Shown here piece after piece: positions 54,529 through 63,982 of a DNA stretch of 64,000 nt. The notes beneath the pieces were generated by a model. The model was not told the origin of the DNA and ran no database searches. It was given only the letters and a program-made list of their open reading frames with translations. Positions within the stretch are counted from its first letter, which is position 1. Each line of letters starts with the position of its first letter. The translations under genes and the position numbers were made by a program. Origin of the DNA: Thermoproteota archaeon (GTDB lineage: Archaea > Korarchaeota > Korarchaeia > Korarchaeales > Korarchaeaceae); the NCBI GenBank assembly GCA_026986575.1, contig JALSOH010000004.1, positions 320,001-384,000 on the forward strand. The letters run 5' to 3'.

Positions 54529-55242
54529 GTGCACACGTTGCTCGATATAAAACCAGAAGCAGAAGTGATCTACGATCCTGAGAGATGGAGGATATTAGCT
54601 AGGAAGAGGAAAAGAGCGATAGAAGTGATGGAAGTGCTATACAGCAGGAGAACACCCGCTTATGTCTACGGGAGTGTGGCTCGTGGAGATGTTAGAGAGA
54701 GCAGCGACGTAGATGTGGTCGTACCTAGATACTCTCTCCCTCTTTCTCTCCTAGAAGGAATCCTGACAGACCGTCTAGGGGATCCTGTCTGCAGGGAGAT
54801 AGTTCAAGCCACCCCTAGAAGCACTCCTAAGTACTACATTCACTTCGATGGTAATACGACGGTCTCTATACCGATAGGGATTCTAAGGAAGAGGGAGGAG
54901 GAGTTCTACAAATTCGGCGGGAGGCTCGATTTAACAGGTCTTAGGAGAGGAAAGAGAGTACCAGGTGTGAACAAGGAATTGAGATTGATATTCCCGACGG
55001 AAAATGGCCACTTAGAGTTTCCTGTGCTCGGGTACGAGGAATACGTGGCCAAGGTACTGGGTGTGGATAAGGATGTAATTGAGGAGAGAGTGAGGGTCCT
55101 CACAAAGCGGAAATCCGTCGGTACAACGGGCCTTTACCTCACGTACCACCTGTTACCGGGAGAGAGTTTCGAAGAAGCCGTATCAAAGCTCAAAAAGGTG
55201 AAGAAGGGGTTCAGATCTAGATTGGCTGAGGATGGAATCTGA
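54529..55242 (+). CDS. Archaeal nucleotidyltransferase (Pol-beta/MNT fold with C-terminal extension, COG2413-like)
   Basis: YGSVARGDV..SDVDV, QATP, EFYKFGG, RVPGVNK, ERVRVL. Confidence 0.88.
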   Translation: MHTLLDIKPEAEVIYDPERWRILARKRKRAIEVMEVLYSRRTPAYVYGSVARGDVRESSDVDVVVPRYSLPLSLLEGILTDRLGDPVCREIVQATPRSTPKYYIHFDGNTTVSIPIGILRKREEEFYKFGGRLDLTGLRRGKRVPGVNKELRLIFPTENGHLEFPVLGYEEYVAKVLGVDKDVIEERVRVLTKRKSVGTTGLYLTYHLLPGESFEEAVSKLKKVKKGFRSRLAEDGI

Positions 55243-55246
55243 TCGC

Positions 55247-56320
55247 TCACTCTATCTGATACCTAAGTTTAGCAGCAATGCCACCAAGGGACAACAACTT
55301 CTCACCGGGCTCGCTCTTCGCATCCACTATGTGAAACTCAGCTCTTGTGTCCTCACACATCTCCAATATCCTGAGCACATCGTCACGCGTCTCGGGATTG
55401 AAGAGGAGAGAGCTAGCTACCAAGACCTCGTCAGCTGCGCCGAACTGTACGGCCCTCATTACCTCCTTTAGCCCGTAAGTAACGAGCCTAGATTCCCTGC
55501 CAAGTAGCTCAAATATCTCATCCACCGCCCTCATGTCCTGCGCCAAAGTAAACTCCTTCACGACCCTTTCAACGTCACCACGCTTTATCATCTCTAGAAT
55601 GCCAGAGAAAGTGGAACTGGTGGCTCCACCCTCTCGAAGTTTCTTCCCGAGTTCTGGATTCCTTTCCTTCACGTAGGATGAGAACTTCTCCTTGGCGTAC
55701 CCAGGCCCTCCCACTACTATAGCCTGAGGTCTCATCCTAGAATCTATCTCCTCCAATAGGGATGAAAGCTCCGCGTAGTATTTCCTCTCTGCATCATCCC
55801 TCCTTTTTAGGTCCCCTCTCTTTGACGGGAGGTTGGATCTTACGTAAGCGATCTCCTCGGCCCTATATGCGTCCACCTTTGCAACGGTAGCACCCTCGTC
55901 ATCTATAGCCACTAGTATGACGTTTCCCTTACTTGAGGACTCCTCCGCCCTCCTCAATATGTCCAGATGAGATCTACTCCACTTCTTCTTCACGATCTTC
56001 AATGTGGACCCCTCTATGACGTTTAACGTGTGATGCTGACCCTGTATTCCAAACTTCTCCGGACCCACCCTTACTATGCCCGTGACCCTCAGCCTAGCGG
56101 AGTACTGATCCATCTTGACCTTCTCCACCTCTAAGGTGATGGTCATGGGGACTCTCTCTCCGCTGTCGGCCCTTATACCCTCCTGTTTCACTCTCCTACT
56201 AGTCCTCATGGTAACGAGGTCTCCCGGCTCTAGGATCGAGGAGAGCCAGTAGAGATCATCCAAGCTTTCAACTCTCAGTTTGATGAATCCCTTCTCGAGA
56301 TCCTGCTCTAGAATCTTCAA
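55247..56320 (-). CDS. pelA: Pelota / Dom34 ribosome-rescue factor
   Basis: [42 protein letters not shown]. Confidence 0.95.
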   Translation of the reverse strand: MKILEQDLEKGFIKLRVESLDDLYWLSSILEPGDLVTMRTSRRVKQEGIRADSGERVPMTITLEVEKVKMDQYSARLRVTGIVRVGPEKFGIQGQHHTLNVIEGSTLKIVKKKWSRSHLDILRRAEESSSKGNVILVAIDDEGATVAKVDAYRAEEIAYVRSNLPSKRGDLKRRDDAERKYYAELSSLLEEIDSRMRPQAIVVGGPGYAKEKFSSYVKERNPELGKKLREGGATSSTFSGILEMIKRGDVERVVKEFTLAQDMRAVDEIFELLGRESRLVTYGLKEVMRAVQFGAADEVLVASSLLFNPETRDDVLRILEMCEDTRAEFHIVDAKSEPGEKLLSLGGIAAKLRYQIE

Positions 56321-56329
56321 CTACGCCAC

Positions 56330-57565
56330 CTACTGTGCTGTATATATAGCCATTCCAATGGGCCTTCTCACGATATCCCTAGCGATTCCCCCGACTATGG
56401 CTCTAACACCAACCTCATAGGCCTTATCCACTATCCTCTGAGTAACTATCCTGTCATAGACGATGTACCTGACACCGCCGACCTCCGATAGGGCGTTGAG
56501 GAGATCAGACGTCGACACCTCCGCTATCAGTGAGAGGTTGTCATCCAGTAAGAGGACCTTATCGGTGCCCCTGATCCTCGCGTACTGCTCTCTGAATATC
56601 TCAGGTATTCTGAGTAGTCTCTCATCCTCCTCTCTCCCATGTCTCTGATGGGATACATGGGATGCGGCGGATCTTACGACCATAATCCTCCTCTCCTGAG
56701 GCGGAGATATCCCGAGCTCTTTCCTCACCTCATCGGCCGGGACAGCTGAGGAAAGGGCCCTCCTAATCTCTTTAGCTGTCAGCTCCTCGACCACCTTACC
56801 TTCCGGAGCTCTGGCCACGTAGTCTATGTCTGTCTGTTCAAGCAAAGTCCTGAGAACCATTTCTCCTCCTCTATCCCCATCGACGAAAGCTATAGCTTCC
56901 TTTTCCGAGATCAGCTTAACTAGAGATTTGGGAACCCTCTCCACAGCGCCACCCATCGCTATCACGTTATCGTAACCGTACTTCAGGAGATTCATGACAT
57001 CAGCCCTACCTTCTACGACTATTATCTCCTCAGCGTCCTCAATGCCCCTAGCAGCTGGCAGCTCCTCATCCCCATAGAGTACGAAGTTGGACTTCGCGCT
57101 TTCCCTCTGCACGAACTCTATAAGCTTCCTGAAGCTGTCTTCCCTCTCAACGGACCACTTCTTTAATATTTCGGCGGCCCTCTTGGCTATCTCATTTCGC
57201 CTCTCCTCTCTATCGTCGAGTATTCTAATCAACTTGAATTTCGCTGGATAGGGACCTACCTTATCAACGGTCTCCATCGCAGCGGCGAGTAATGCAGTTC
57301 TGACCTTATCCAGCCCGGAATATAGCTCAACAATTCCTCTGGACCTATCTCCCTCTCTCCTCATCCTTATGTTTATCCTCCCTATCTTCCCCGTTCTTTG
57401 GAGTTCCTTGAGCTCTAACTCAGGACCGAGTAGACCCTCTAACTGTCCGAAAATAGCTCCTATCACATCACTAGTCTCTACAACGCCGTTTACTATAACC
57501 TCCAATTTGGCAATATACTTATGATGGAAAGCGTCCCTTCTCGAATTATCTGCCAAGATAACCAT
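56330..57565 (-). CDS. dnaG: Archaeal DnaG (TOPRIM; exosome-associated)
   Basis: GVVETSDVIGAIFGQLEGLLG, LQRTGKIGRI, IIVVEGRADV, FVDGDRGG, ARAP. Confidence 0.96.
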   Translation of the reverse strand: MVILADNSRRDAFHHKYIAKLEVIVNGVVETSDVIGAIFGQLEGLLGPELELKELQRTGKIGRINIRMRREGDRSRGIVELYSGLDKVRTALLAAAMETVDKVGPYPAKFKLIRILDDREERRNEIAKRAAEILKKWSVEREDSFRKLIEFVQRESAKSNFVLYGDEELPAARGIEDAEEIIVVEGRADVMNLLKYGYDNVIAMGGAVERVPKSLVKLISEKEAIAFVDGDRGGEMVLRTLLEQTDIDYVARAPEGKVVEELTAKEIRRALSSAVPADEVRKELGISPPQERRIMVVRSAASHVSHQRHGREEDERLLRIPEIFREQYARIRGTDKVLLLDDNLSLIAEVSTSDLLNALSEVGGVRYIVYDRIVTQRIVDKAYEVGVRAIVGGIARDIVRRPIGMAIYTAQ

Positions 57566-57579
57566 CCTCCCAAGGATAC

Positions 57580-57668
57580 GAATGTCCGCCCGCCAACTAA
57601 TCCCCGCGGGTCACAGGTCAGCCCACGCTTTCCTCCCTACCCACGGGGTCATGTAGTGGCGGGCGGCC
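57580..57668 (-). ncRNA. Candidate H/ACA-type small RNA or structured dnaG leader (single long hairpin followed by ACA)
   Basis: 10-bp perfect basal stem (57657-57666 with 57586-57595), internal loop, 10-bp upper stem with one G-U on the minus strand, ACA immediately 3'; TATA-like ATTATAT 57690-57696 upstream. Confidence 0.6.
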
Positions 57669-57878
57669 AATATACGACACTTGCCGCAAATATAATCTCT
57701 TCGGTCCACCGGAAGTCCCTATCACAGAGATGCCTAAAATCCCAGTGAAGGGCACCTAATTTACAAGTCCTATTAGAGAAGCTCACGCCCTTAGTCGCAT
57801 CCAACTAACCATGACCGTCCGGTAAAAAGATCATAAAAGATTAAAATGGAGTGGTGTCGTTCCCCTCCGAGGATGGAT

Positions 57879-58082
57879 ATGGGAACAGTGAGGGAGAAGG
57901 TAATTAAGAGGACTGCGTATAAGCTTGTCAAGCAGTATCCAGACCTCTGGACCGAGGATTTCGAGCATAACAAGAGAATGCTCTCACAGATAGCTGAGAT
58001 AAAGTCCAAAGTCTACAGAAACAGGATAGCAGGATATATCACCAGACTGAAGGTCAGAGAAAGAGAAGGAACACTTGTCTGA
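57879..58082 (+). CDS. rps17e: 30S ribosomal protein S17e
   Basis: MGTVREKVIKR, DFEHNK, SKVYRNRIAGYIT. Confidence 0.95.
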   Translation: MGTVREKVIKRTAYKLVKQYPDLWTEDFEHNKRMLSQIAEIKSKVYRNRIAGYITRLKVREREGTLV

Positions 58083-58177
58083 TTCCCTCACATCATAATG
58101 GGCTCTTTTTCGTTCAATTTCATCCTTTTCAAGGCCATCCTTTTAGAAGCCAACATGCACTCACGAATCGAGGAAAA

Positions 58178-59557
58178 ATGAAGAGAATACTCTATGAAGA
58201 TCTAGAGACGGCTCTTAAAGCTAGAGAGGCCAAGATAGCTGTATTGGGCCAGGGCTACATAGGCCTTCCCACCTCACTTCTCATGGCGAGGGCGGGATTC
58301 ACTGTATATGGATTCGACGTGAACAGGAACCTGATAGATGAGCTCTCGAGGGGAGAGACCCGTCTCAAACAGGAGAAGGGAATAGCTGAATTGTTAGATG
58401 AGCTTAAAGAACGCAATTACTTTCCAACGGGAGATCTAAGCGAACTGTATGGGTCCGACGTGGTTCTAATAGCCGTTCCCACTCCAAGGGGAAGGGATGG
58501 GCCTAACCTCAGCATGGTACTGTCAGCCTTGGAGAGCGCCCTGAAGATAGTGAGGAGGGGCGGACTCATAGTGATAGAGAGCACACTACCCCCCAGAACG
58601 TTCTACGATCTGATAATCCCGACAGTCGAATCTAGGGGCCTAGAGGTAGGCAAGGATGTCTACCTAGCGTACTGCCCAGAGAGGGCTCTGCCAGGAAAGC
58701 TCCTCCAAGAGCTCGTCCAGAACTTCAGGATAATCGGTGCCATCGATGAGAAGTCAGGAACGCTAGCCAAGACACTCTACGAGTCCTTCGTTGAAGGTGG
58801 AATAGAGGTAGTAGACCCCCTCACGGCTGAGATGGTCAAATTGGTGGAGAATTCTTACAGGGATGTGAACATAGCATTCGCCAATGAGGTGGCGAGAATG
58901 TGTGAGGTCTTGGGTGTGGATGTTAGGAAGGTCAGGGAACTAGCGAATAAGCACCCCAGGGTAAACATGCTGATTCCCGGGGTGGGTGTGGGAGGAAGCT
59001 GCCTAACCAAGGACCCGTGGTTCCTGTTCTGGGCCTCACAGGAGAGGGGTTATCGACCCAACCTGATAAAGAGGGCCAGAGAACTCAACGCTGAGATGCC
59101 ATTCCATTACGCTGACCTCTTAGATGAAATAGTGAGACAACTTAGGGGCGGGAAGAGCGGTGTGATAGCCGTGCTGGGTTCTACATATAAAGGAGATGTT
59201 CCCGATCCCAGAGAGTCACCGGTAGAGCCCTTCGTGAAGGAATTGATTAAGAGAGGTCACGCAGTCAAGGTATATGATCCTCTCGTCAGATCTTCATTCG
59301 GCGGCGAGTATGTGCCTGACATACCGGATGCAGTCAAGGATGCCGATGCAATCGCCTTTGTGACCGATCACACTGAGTTCAAAATGCTCGACCTGAGAAA
59401 GCTGAGGAGAGCTGTTAAAAAAGATGGACCTGTGATACTATTCGATGGAAGACTCCTTTTCGATCCAGAAGAGGCTGAAGAAGCTGGTTTCATATACATC
59501 TCGGTGGGAAGACCTTACACGATCTTGGGGAGATCCCTCGTGACTATAGAGGATTGA
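58178..59557 (+). CDS. UDP-sugar 6-dehydrogenase (UDP-ManNAc/GlcNAc dehydrogenase, WecC-like)
   Basis: GQGYIGLP, AVPTP, ESTLPP, CPERALPG, KLVENSYRDVNIAFANE, GVGGSCLTKDP, RESP. Confidence 0.92.
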   Translation: MKRILYEDLETALKAREAKIAVLGQGYIGLPTSLLMARAGFTVYGFDVNRNLIDELSRGETRLKQEKGIAELLDELKERNYFPTGDLSELYGSDVVLIAVPTPRGRDGPNLSMVLSALESALKIVRRGGLIVIESTLPPRTFYDLIIPTVESRGLEVGKDVYLAYCPERALPGKLLQELVQNFRIIGAIDEKSGTLAKTLYESFVEGGIEVVDPLTAEMVKLVENSYRDVNIAFANEVARMCEVLGVDVRKVRELANKHPRVNMLIPGVGVGGSCLTKDPWFLFWASQERGYRPNLIKRARELNAEMPFHYADLLDEIVRQLRGGKSGVIAVLGSTYKGDVPDPRESPVEPFVKELIKRGHAVKVYDPLVRSSFGGEYVPDIPDAVKDADAIAFVTDHTEFKMLDLRKLRRAVKKDGPVILFDGRLLFDPEEAEEAGFIYISVGRPYTILGRSLVTIED

Positions 59558-59581
59558 ATCGAAAAACATAAGAAATCCTAA

Positions 59582-60673
59582 TCAAGAGATATGATCTAAG
59601 AGGAACGAAGGGAGTGAAATTATCTTCATCCCTCTCACCTTATTTCTCCCCTCTAGGGCTTCGTAGATCATGGAGTAGCATGCAACTTCCTCGATAATTA
59701 CGTAGTCGGCATCCATGTTGCTCGCTATATCGAGCAGATTTCCTAGCCATCTGTCGAACTTCTCCGGCTCAGCTTGGTAGATGAGCGTTGCCCCGCAGTC
59801 GCAGCACACCCACTCCGGAATCTCCAACACGTTCGCATTCTTTATGGATCTCAGTATCCTCTCGGATGCGCCATTGCTCCTACATGAAGGCACCAAGAAT
59901 ACCTTGTTCTTCTTACCCTTCAGGCTCTTCGTCCTTATCTTCCCCTCCTCTAAAACCTCTTCTATGGTGGAGGCTAAGTCCTTCATGCCCAGATCCGTGA
60001 ACATGTTGGCACACAGCGAGCATCCTGATACCACGCGTTGCGGGGAGAGATCAGCCAAGAACCTCCTCAACTCATCCCTCGACTCTTCGGAACTGTCCTT
60101 CTCTCCAATCACGTACACGAGCCCTCCACAGCATGGCTCGTTTGTTCCCGCTGGGACTACCCTCTCCGAGATCTTCTGGAGGAGCTTGTTCGCTGCTAAC
60201 GCCACTTCAGGTACCGTGTGCACCCAGCATCCTGCAAAGAAGAGTAGATCTGCTCCCTTCTCGGGCTGGAAGTCAGGCGGCAGCCACACCCCCTTAGTTA
60301 TCCTGTCTCCGATCGGGCTGCCAGTCTTCCTCCTCACATCTCTCATGCCGACAGTGACTAAAGGGACGTATCCCATATCTATTAACGCCGATCTGGAACC
60401 GACGATCGCACGGAACACATCTATGCCCACAGGACAGAAGTTACTGCAGAGCCCGCAGTTCATGCAGGTGAACGTGTAACTGAGGAATTCCTCTGTTAAT
60501 TCGATCTTCCCGTAGCTTAGCATTGAGAGAAGCTTTATACGGGCCCTTGCACCTTCTGTCTCTCTAAGGTCCTCCACATGGAACATAGGGCAGGGTATAT
60601 TGCACGCTCCGCATCCAATGCATCTCCCGAGCTCTTTGACAAGCTGCTCTGGGAACTCCACCAAGGGATTCAC
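59582..60673 (-). CDS. GlcF-like Fe-S protein (2x[4Fe-4S] plus CCG domains)
   Basis: CIGCGACNIPCP, CMNCGLCSNFCP, FFAGC, EPCCG. Confidence 0.88.
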   Translation of the reverse strand: MNPLVEFPEQLVKELGRCIGCGACNIPCPMFHVEDLRETEGARARIKLLSMLSYGKIELTEEFLSYTFTCMNCGLCSNFCPVGIDVFRAIVGSRSALIDMGYVPLVTVGMRDVRRKTGSPIGDRITKGVWLPPDFQPEKGADLLFFAGCWVHTVPEVALAANKLLQKISERVVPAGTNEPCCGGLVYVIGEKDSSEESRDELRRFLADLSPQRVVSGCSLCANMFTDLGMKDLASTIEEVLEEGKIRTKSLKGKKNKVFLVPSCRSNGASERILRSIKNANVLEIPEWVCCDCGATLIYQAEPEKFDRWLGNLLDIASNMDADYVIIEEVACYSMIYEALEGRNKVRGMKIISLPSFLLDHIS

Positions 60674-62007
60674 CTCTCTATGAGCTTTCCGGGGTTCATG
60701 ATCCAGTTCGGATCGAGTGCTTCCTTCACCTTTGAGAATATGTTCACAAACCCCTCATCCATATCTGAGGTTATCCTGTTTACCCCGACCCCAGTTCCGA
60801 ACCCCACAGATCCTCCTAGCGATACCGTCCTGCTTATGACGTTTTGGGCCGCTTTTTCCGTCCTCTCCACCTCCTTCTCGTTGATGGGATCGTACAGGAA
60901 TATGGCCATGACCCAGCCCAAAGGCGGATCGAAGACAGTCACTACAGGGAGCTTCATCCTAGAACCTGTCCTATCTATCTCTTGGACGGCATCCCTGACT
61001 AGATGGGGATGAACTCTCATGCTCACGACCTTTATCGCAGACTCCCTGCTTCTTGCAATCTCGTATATGCCCTTCCTCTTGATCCATATATCGCTCGCAT
61101 CCTCCAAATCGGCTTCCTCATGCTGAATCTCCATACTATCCAATACTCCGCTTAACCTAGAGCTCCACAGATCCACGCACTCTTCCTTACCCGCCAGCTC
61201 TAGGTAGGCTATGGCCTCCGTCCCACCACCCTCAACCACCTCTCTGTAGTTGTGATACACCTCAAAGCCCGTCACACCCATACCCTCCTTCTCTATAGTG
61301 TTCTGGACGGTTATGGAATCAGATACGTCTGAGAACTCAATCATGAAAGCCCTTCTGCTTTCAGGTTTCAAGGGTAGTCTCAGGTAGGCGGATGTAAATA
61401 TCCCTAGGGTCCCCTCTGATCCCAACATTAGGCCTAGAGCGTTCCACTTACTGGGAGGTCCAGGCTGCTCCACTAAGACTACCTCTCCAGATGGGAGAAC
61501 CACCTCAACACCTATCACCAAGTCTTTCATAGTTCCATATTTGGCTGAGAGCGGAGAGGCTGCGTCTTCGGCTATCAGACCGCCAATGGTGGAAAATCCG
61601 GCTCCATCCGGGTTAATGGGCATGAACCTGTCGGGAAACACCTTGTTTAGCTCTAAAACTTTCACTCCAGCTTCCACCCTGATGAGACCGCTGTAATCAT
61701 CCCTGTCCAAGATACCGTTCATCATTTGCATGTCTACAACTATACCCCCCTCTATGGGTAACGGTCCTGCCACTAAAGATGTCCCTGAGCCCCTAGGAAT
61801 TACTGGGACGCCGTATCTATTTGCAGCCTCTACGATGAACGACACATCCTCCACATCAGACGGTCTAACCACGGCGGATGGGATCGCATGAATACCAGAA
61901 GCATCGTAAGAGTAGGCAGATCTGTCCAGATCCTCTAGAAGAACCCTATCCTCTCCTAGCTGGGAGGCGATCTCCTCCGCCGCTTTGACTGCTGGTTCCT
62001 CGGCCAT
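60670..62007 (-). CDS. GlcD/GlcE-like FAD-binding oxidoreductase
   Basis: PRGSGTSL, STIGG, KYG, GSEGTLGI, KEALDPNWIMNPGK. Confidence 0.88.
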   Translation of the reverse strand: MAEEPAVKAAEEIASQLGEDRVLLEDLDRSAYSYDASGIHAIPSAVVRPSDVEDVSFIVEAANRYGVPVIPRGSGTSLVAGPLPIEGGIVVDMQMMNGILDRDDYSGLIRVEAGVKVLELNKVFPDRFMPINPDGAGFSTIGGLIAEDAASPLSAKYGTMKDLVIGVEVVLPSGEVVLVEQPGPPSKWNALGLMLGSEGTLGIFTSAYLRLPLKPESRRAFMIEFSDVSDSITVQNTIEKEGMGVTGFEVYHNYREVVEGGGTEAIAYLELAGKEECVDLWSSRLSGVLDSMEIQHEEADLEDASDIWIKRKGIYEIARSRESAIKVVSMRVHPHLVRDAVQEIDRTGSRMKLPVVTVFDPPLGWVMAIFLYDPINEKEVERTEKAAQNVISRTVSLGGSVGFGTGVGVNRITSDMDEGFVNIFSKVKEALDPNWIMNPGKLIER

Positions 62008-62081
62008 ATTTAACCCCTAAGACCCATAAGAGCAGGAAAATGTAATAACCTTTCGTAGAGTAGGGGTATCGGTGGGATCAG

Positions 62082-63182
62082 GTGTTTAGACTTCCACTTG
62101 ACGGCCTTCACAGGGAGCTGGGAGCTAAGTTCTTCGAGTTCGCTGGTTGGGAAATGCCAATGAAGTACACGAACTCACTTAAGGAAACACTCTCGGTCAG
62201 AAATTCGGTCGGGATATTTGACACATCTCACATGGGGCGTTTCATACTACGGGGACCTCAAGCAGTTGACTTCCTCCAGAGAGCCACCTCAAACAACATC
62301 AGGATATCCAACGGGAGGACGAGGTACACCCTAACACTCAATCCCGAGGGGGGGATAAAGGACGATAATGTAGCCTTCAAGCTTTCAGACGAACTCGTCC
62401 TATTCATCGCGAATGCATCGAACAGAGAGAAGATACTGAAATGGTTCGAGGAATTAATATCGGAGTGGGGTATGGACGTGGAGTTGAGCGACGAGACCTT
62501 TAGGACCGTGATGATGGCCATCCAAGGACCTAAAGCCAGGGATCTCGTTCACGATGTATTAGGAATGACTTTTGACCTGAGGAAGTTCAGAGTAGAGGAG
62601 AGTACTCACGAGGGAATCAAGTTCATCGTAAGTAGGACGGGTTACACAGGGGAGGATGGCTACGAGATAGTAACATGGGATGTCCACTGGGCTGAATTCA
62701 TCTACAGGGAACTGGTGGACAAGGGAGCCGTACCCTGCGGACTGGTTGCGAGGGATATACTCAGGCTCGAGGCCGGGCTAGTTCTCTACGGGAACGACAT
62801 AGACGAGGAAACGAATCCATTTGAAGCAGGCCTAGATTTTGCCGTGAAACTAGATAAGGAGTTCTTCATAGGTAAAGAAGCCTTGATTAGAATGAAGGAG
62901 GAAGGTGTGAAGAGAAAGAGGGTCGGTCTGCTAAGCGAGACTAGAAACTCCCCAAGAAAGGGGGATAAGATATTCAAGGACGAGGAGGAAGTAGGTGTGG
63001 TCACCAGCGGCACCTTCAGCCCCACATTAGGGAGGGGAATAGGTATGGGATACATCCCACTAGAGTTAGCAAGGGAGGGAGAGGAATTCACTATCAAGGG
63101 AGCGAAGGAGTTCAAGGCGAGAGTTTCTAAAATGCCCTTCTACGACGAAAGTAAATACGGGTGGAGGAGGTCCTCTACCTGA
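62082..63182 (+). CDS. gcvT: Glycine cleavage system aminomethyltransferase T
   Basis: FAGWEMP, FDTSHMG, IQGP, SRTGYTGEDGYE, RDILRLEAG, VTSGTFSPTL. Confidence 0.95.
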   Translation: MFRLPLDGLHRELGAKFFEFAGWEMPMKYTNSLKETLSVRNSVGIFDTSHMGRFILRGPQAVDFLQRATSNNIRISNGRTRYTLTLNPEGGIKDDNVAFKLSDELVLFIANASNREKILKWFEELISEWGMDVELSDETFRTVMMAIQGPKARDLVHDVLGMTFDLRKFRVEESTHEGIKFIVSRTGYTGEDGYEIVTWDVHWAEFIYRELVDKGAVPCGLVARDILRLEAGLVLYGNDIDEETNPFEAGLDFAVKLDKEFFIGKEALIRMKEEGVKRKRVGLLSETRNSPRKGDKIFKDEEEVGVVTSGTFSPTLGRGIGMGYIPLELAREGEEFTIKGAKEFKARVSKMPFYDESKYGWRRSST

Positions 63183-63507
63183 CCTTCCCCAAGACCACAT
63201 GGCTGACGGTCTTCGCAAGCCTTCGAGTCTCGGCGATTTTAACTACATCCCCTTCCTTTATATCGAGACACGGTGGGAGGTGCGCGTGGATCTTACTCCT
63301 CCTCCTCTCATACCTCTTGTATTTCGGCCTGTAATGGAGGTACTCAACAAGCACGGTCACGGTACCCGTCATCTTGGTGCTGATGACCCTCCCCACCAAG
63401 GTCTTCCCCCTGATAGATATGCTCCCGTGCCAAGGGCACTTTTCATCGGAGCATTCCCTCTCAGGAGGGATCACATCTCCGATCAGAGCTTCAGATAGTC
63501 TCCTCAT
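63175..63507 (-). CDS. rps17: 30S ribosomal protein S17 (uS17)
   Basis: CSDEKCPWHG, KYKRYERRRSKIHAHLPPC, ETRRLAKT. Confidence 0.96.
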   Translation of the reverse strand: MRRLSEALIGDVIPPERECSDEKCPWHGSISIRGKTLVGRVISTKMTGTVTVLVEYLHYRPKYKRYERRRSKIHAHLPPCLDIKEGDVVKIAETRRLAKTVSHVVLGKVR

Positions 63508-63776
63508 GATCTTTTCACCCTCTCCTCAGGTCTTCCTACTATCTTATCACCTAGGACGATGACTCGTTTACCACTGGGCAACCTAAATAAAAACAACCTC
63601 TCCTCTTTCGGTACCATGACATCACCCTTGGAGGTCCTGATCACAAGCATGTTCTTGGTCTCGTAAATGACCTTCCCCCTGATCCCTAGCTCCGCCAGAT
63701 TGGGTGAGGACAACAGTTTCACCTCCAGACCTATAAGCTCGTGATAAAGGAGATTAGAGGGTTTTATGGGGGCTAT
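63504..63776 (-). CDS. rnp1: Ribonuclease P protein subunit Rpp29 (probable ATA start)
   Basis: (M)APIKPSNLLYHELIGLEV...GIRGKVIYETKNMLVI...VPK...GRPEERVK; canonical position between L29 and S17. Confidence 0.92.
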   Translation of the reverse strand: MAPIKPSNLLYHELIGLEVKLLSSPNLAELGIRGKVIYETKNMLVIRTSKGDVMVPKEERLFLFRLPSGKRVIVLGDKIVGRPEERVKRS

Positions 63777-63982
63777 ATCCTTATACCCCTCTCCCTAAGA
63801 ATGGTTAGGATCCTAGCCTTCTCTCTCCTCAGTTCTCTGTTAAGGTGGATCTTCTCAGCCGCCCCCATTAATCTCTTGGCCTCTAGAAGGAAGAATTCCT
63901 TCTCCACCTCTCTCAACCGCTCTAGGAGCTCCTCATTTGTCATACCTCTTAGCTCCTCAACCTTTCTCGTTGGCAACCTCAC
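63773..63982 (-). CDS. rpl29: 50S ribosomal protein L29 (uL29)
   Basis: ELRGMTNEEL...RELRREKARILTILRE; operon context. Confidence 0.93.
   Translation of the reverse strand: MRLPTRKVEELRGMTNEELLERLREVEKEFFLLEAKRLMGAAEKIHLNRELRREKARILTILRERGIRI

Noticed and set aside
54529-55242. MNT antitoxin of an MNT-HEPN toxin-antitoxin pair
   Set aside because: Longer conserved archaeal nucleotidyltransferase type with no adjacent HEPN gene
57586-57668. CCGCCCGCCA / TGGCGGGCGG as a tRNA 3' end, split tRNA half or att site
   Set aside because: No T-arm (GTTCRAATC) or D-arm nearby; better explained as the two arms of one hairpin
57521-57748. 75-aa plus-strand ORF over the dnaG upstream region
   Set aside because: Overlaps the dnaG start and the hairpin RNA; no protein-like features
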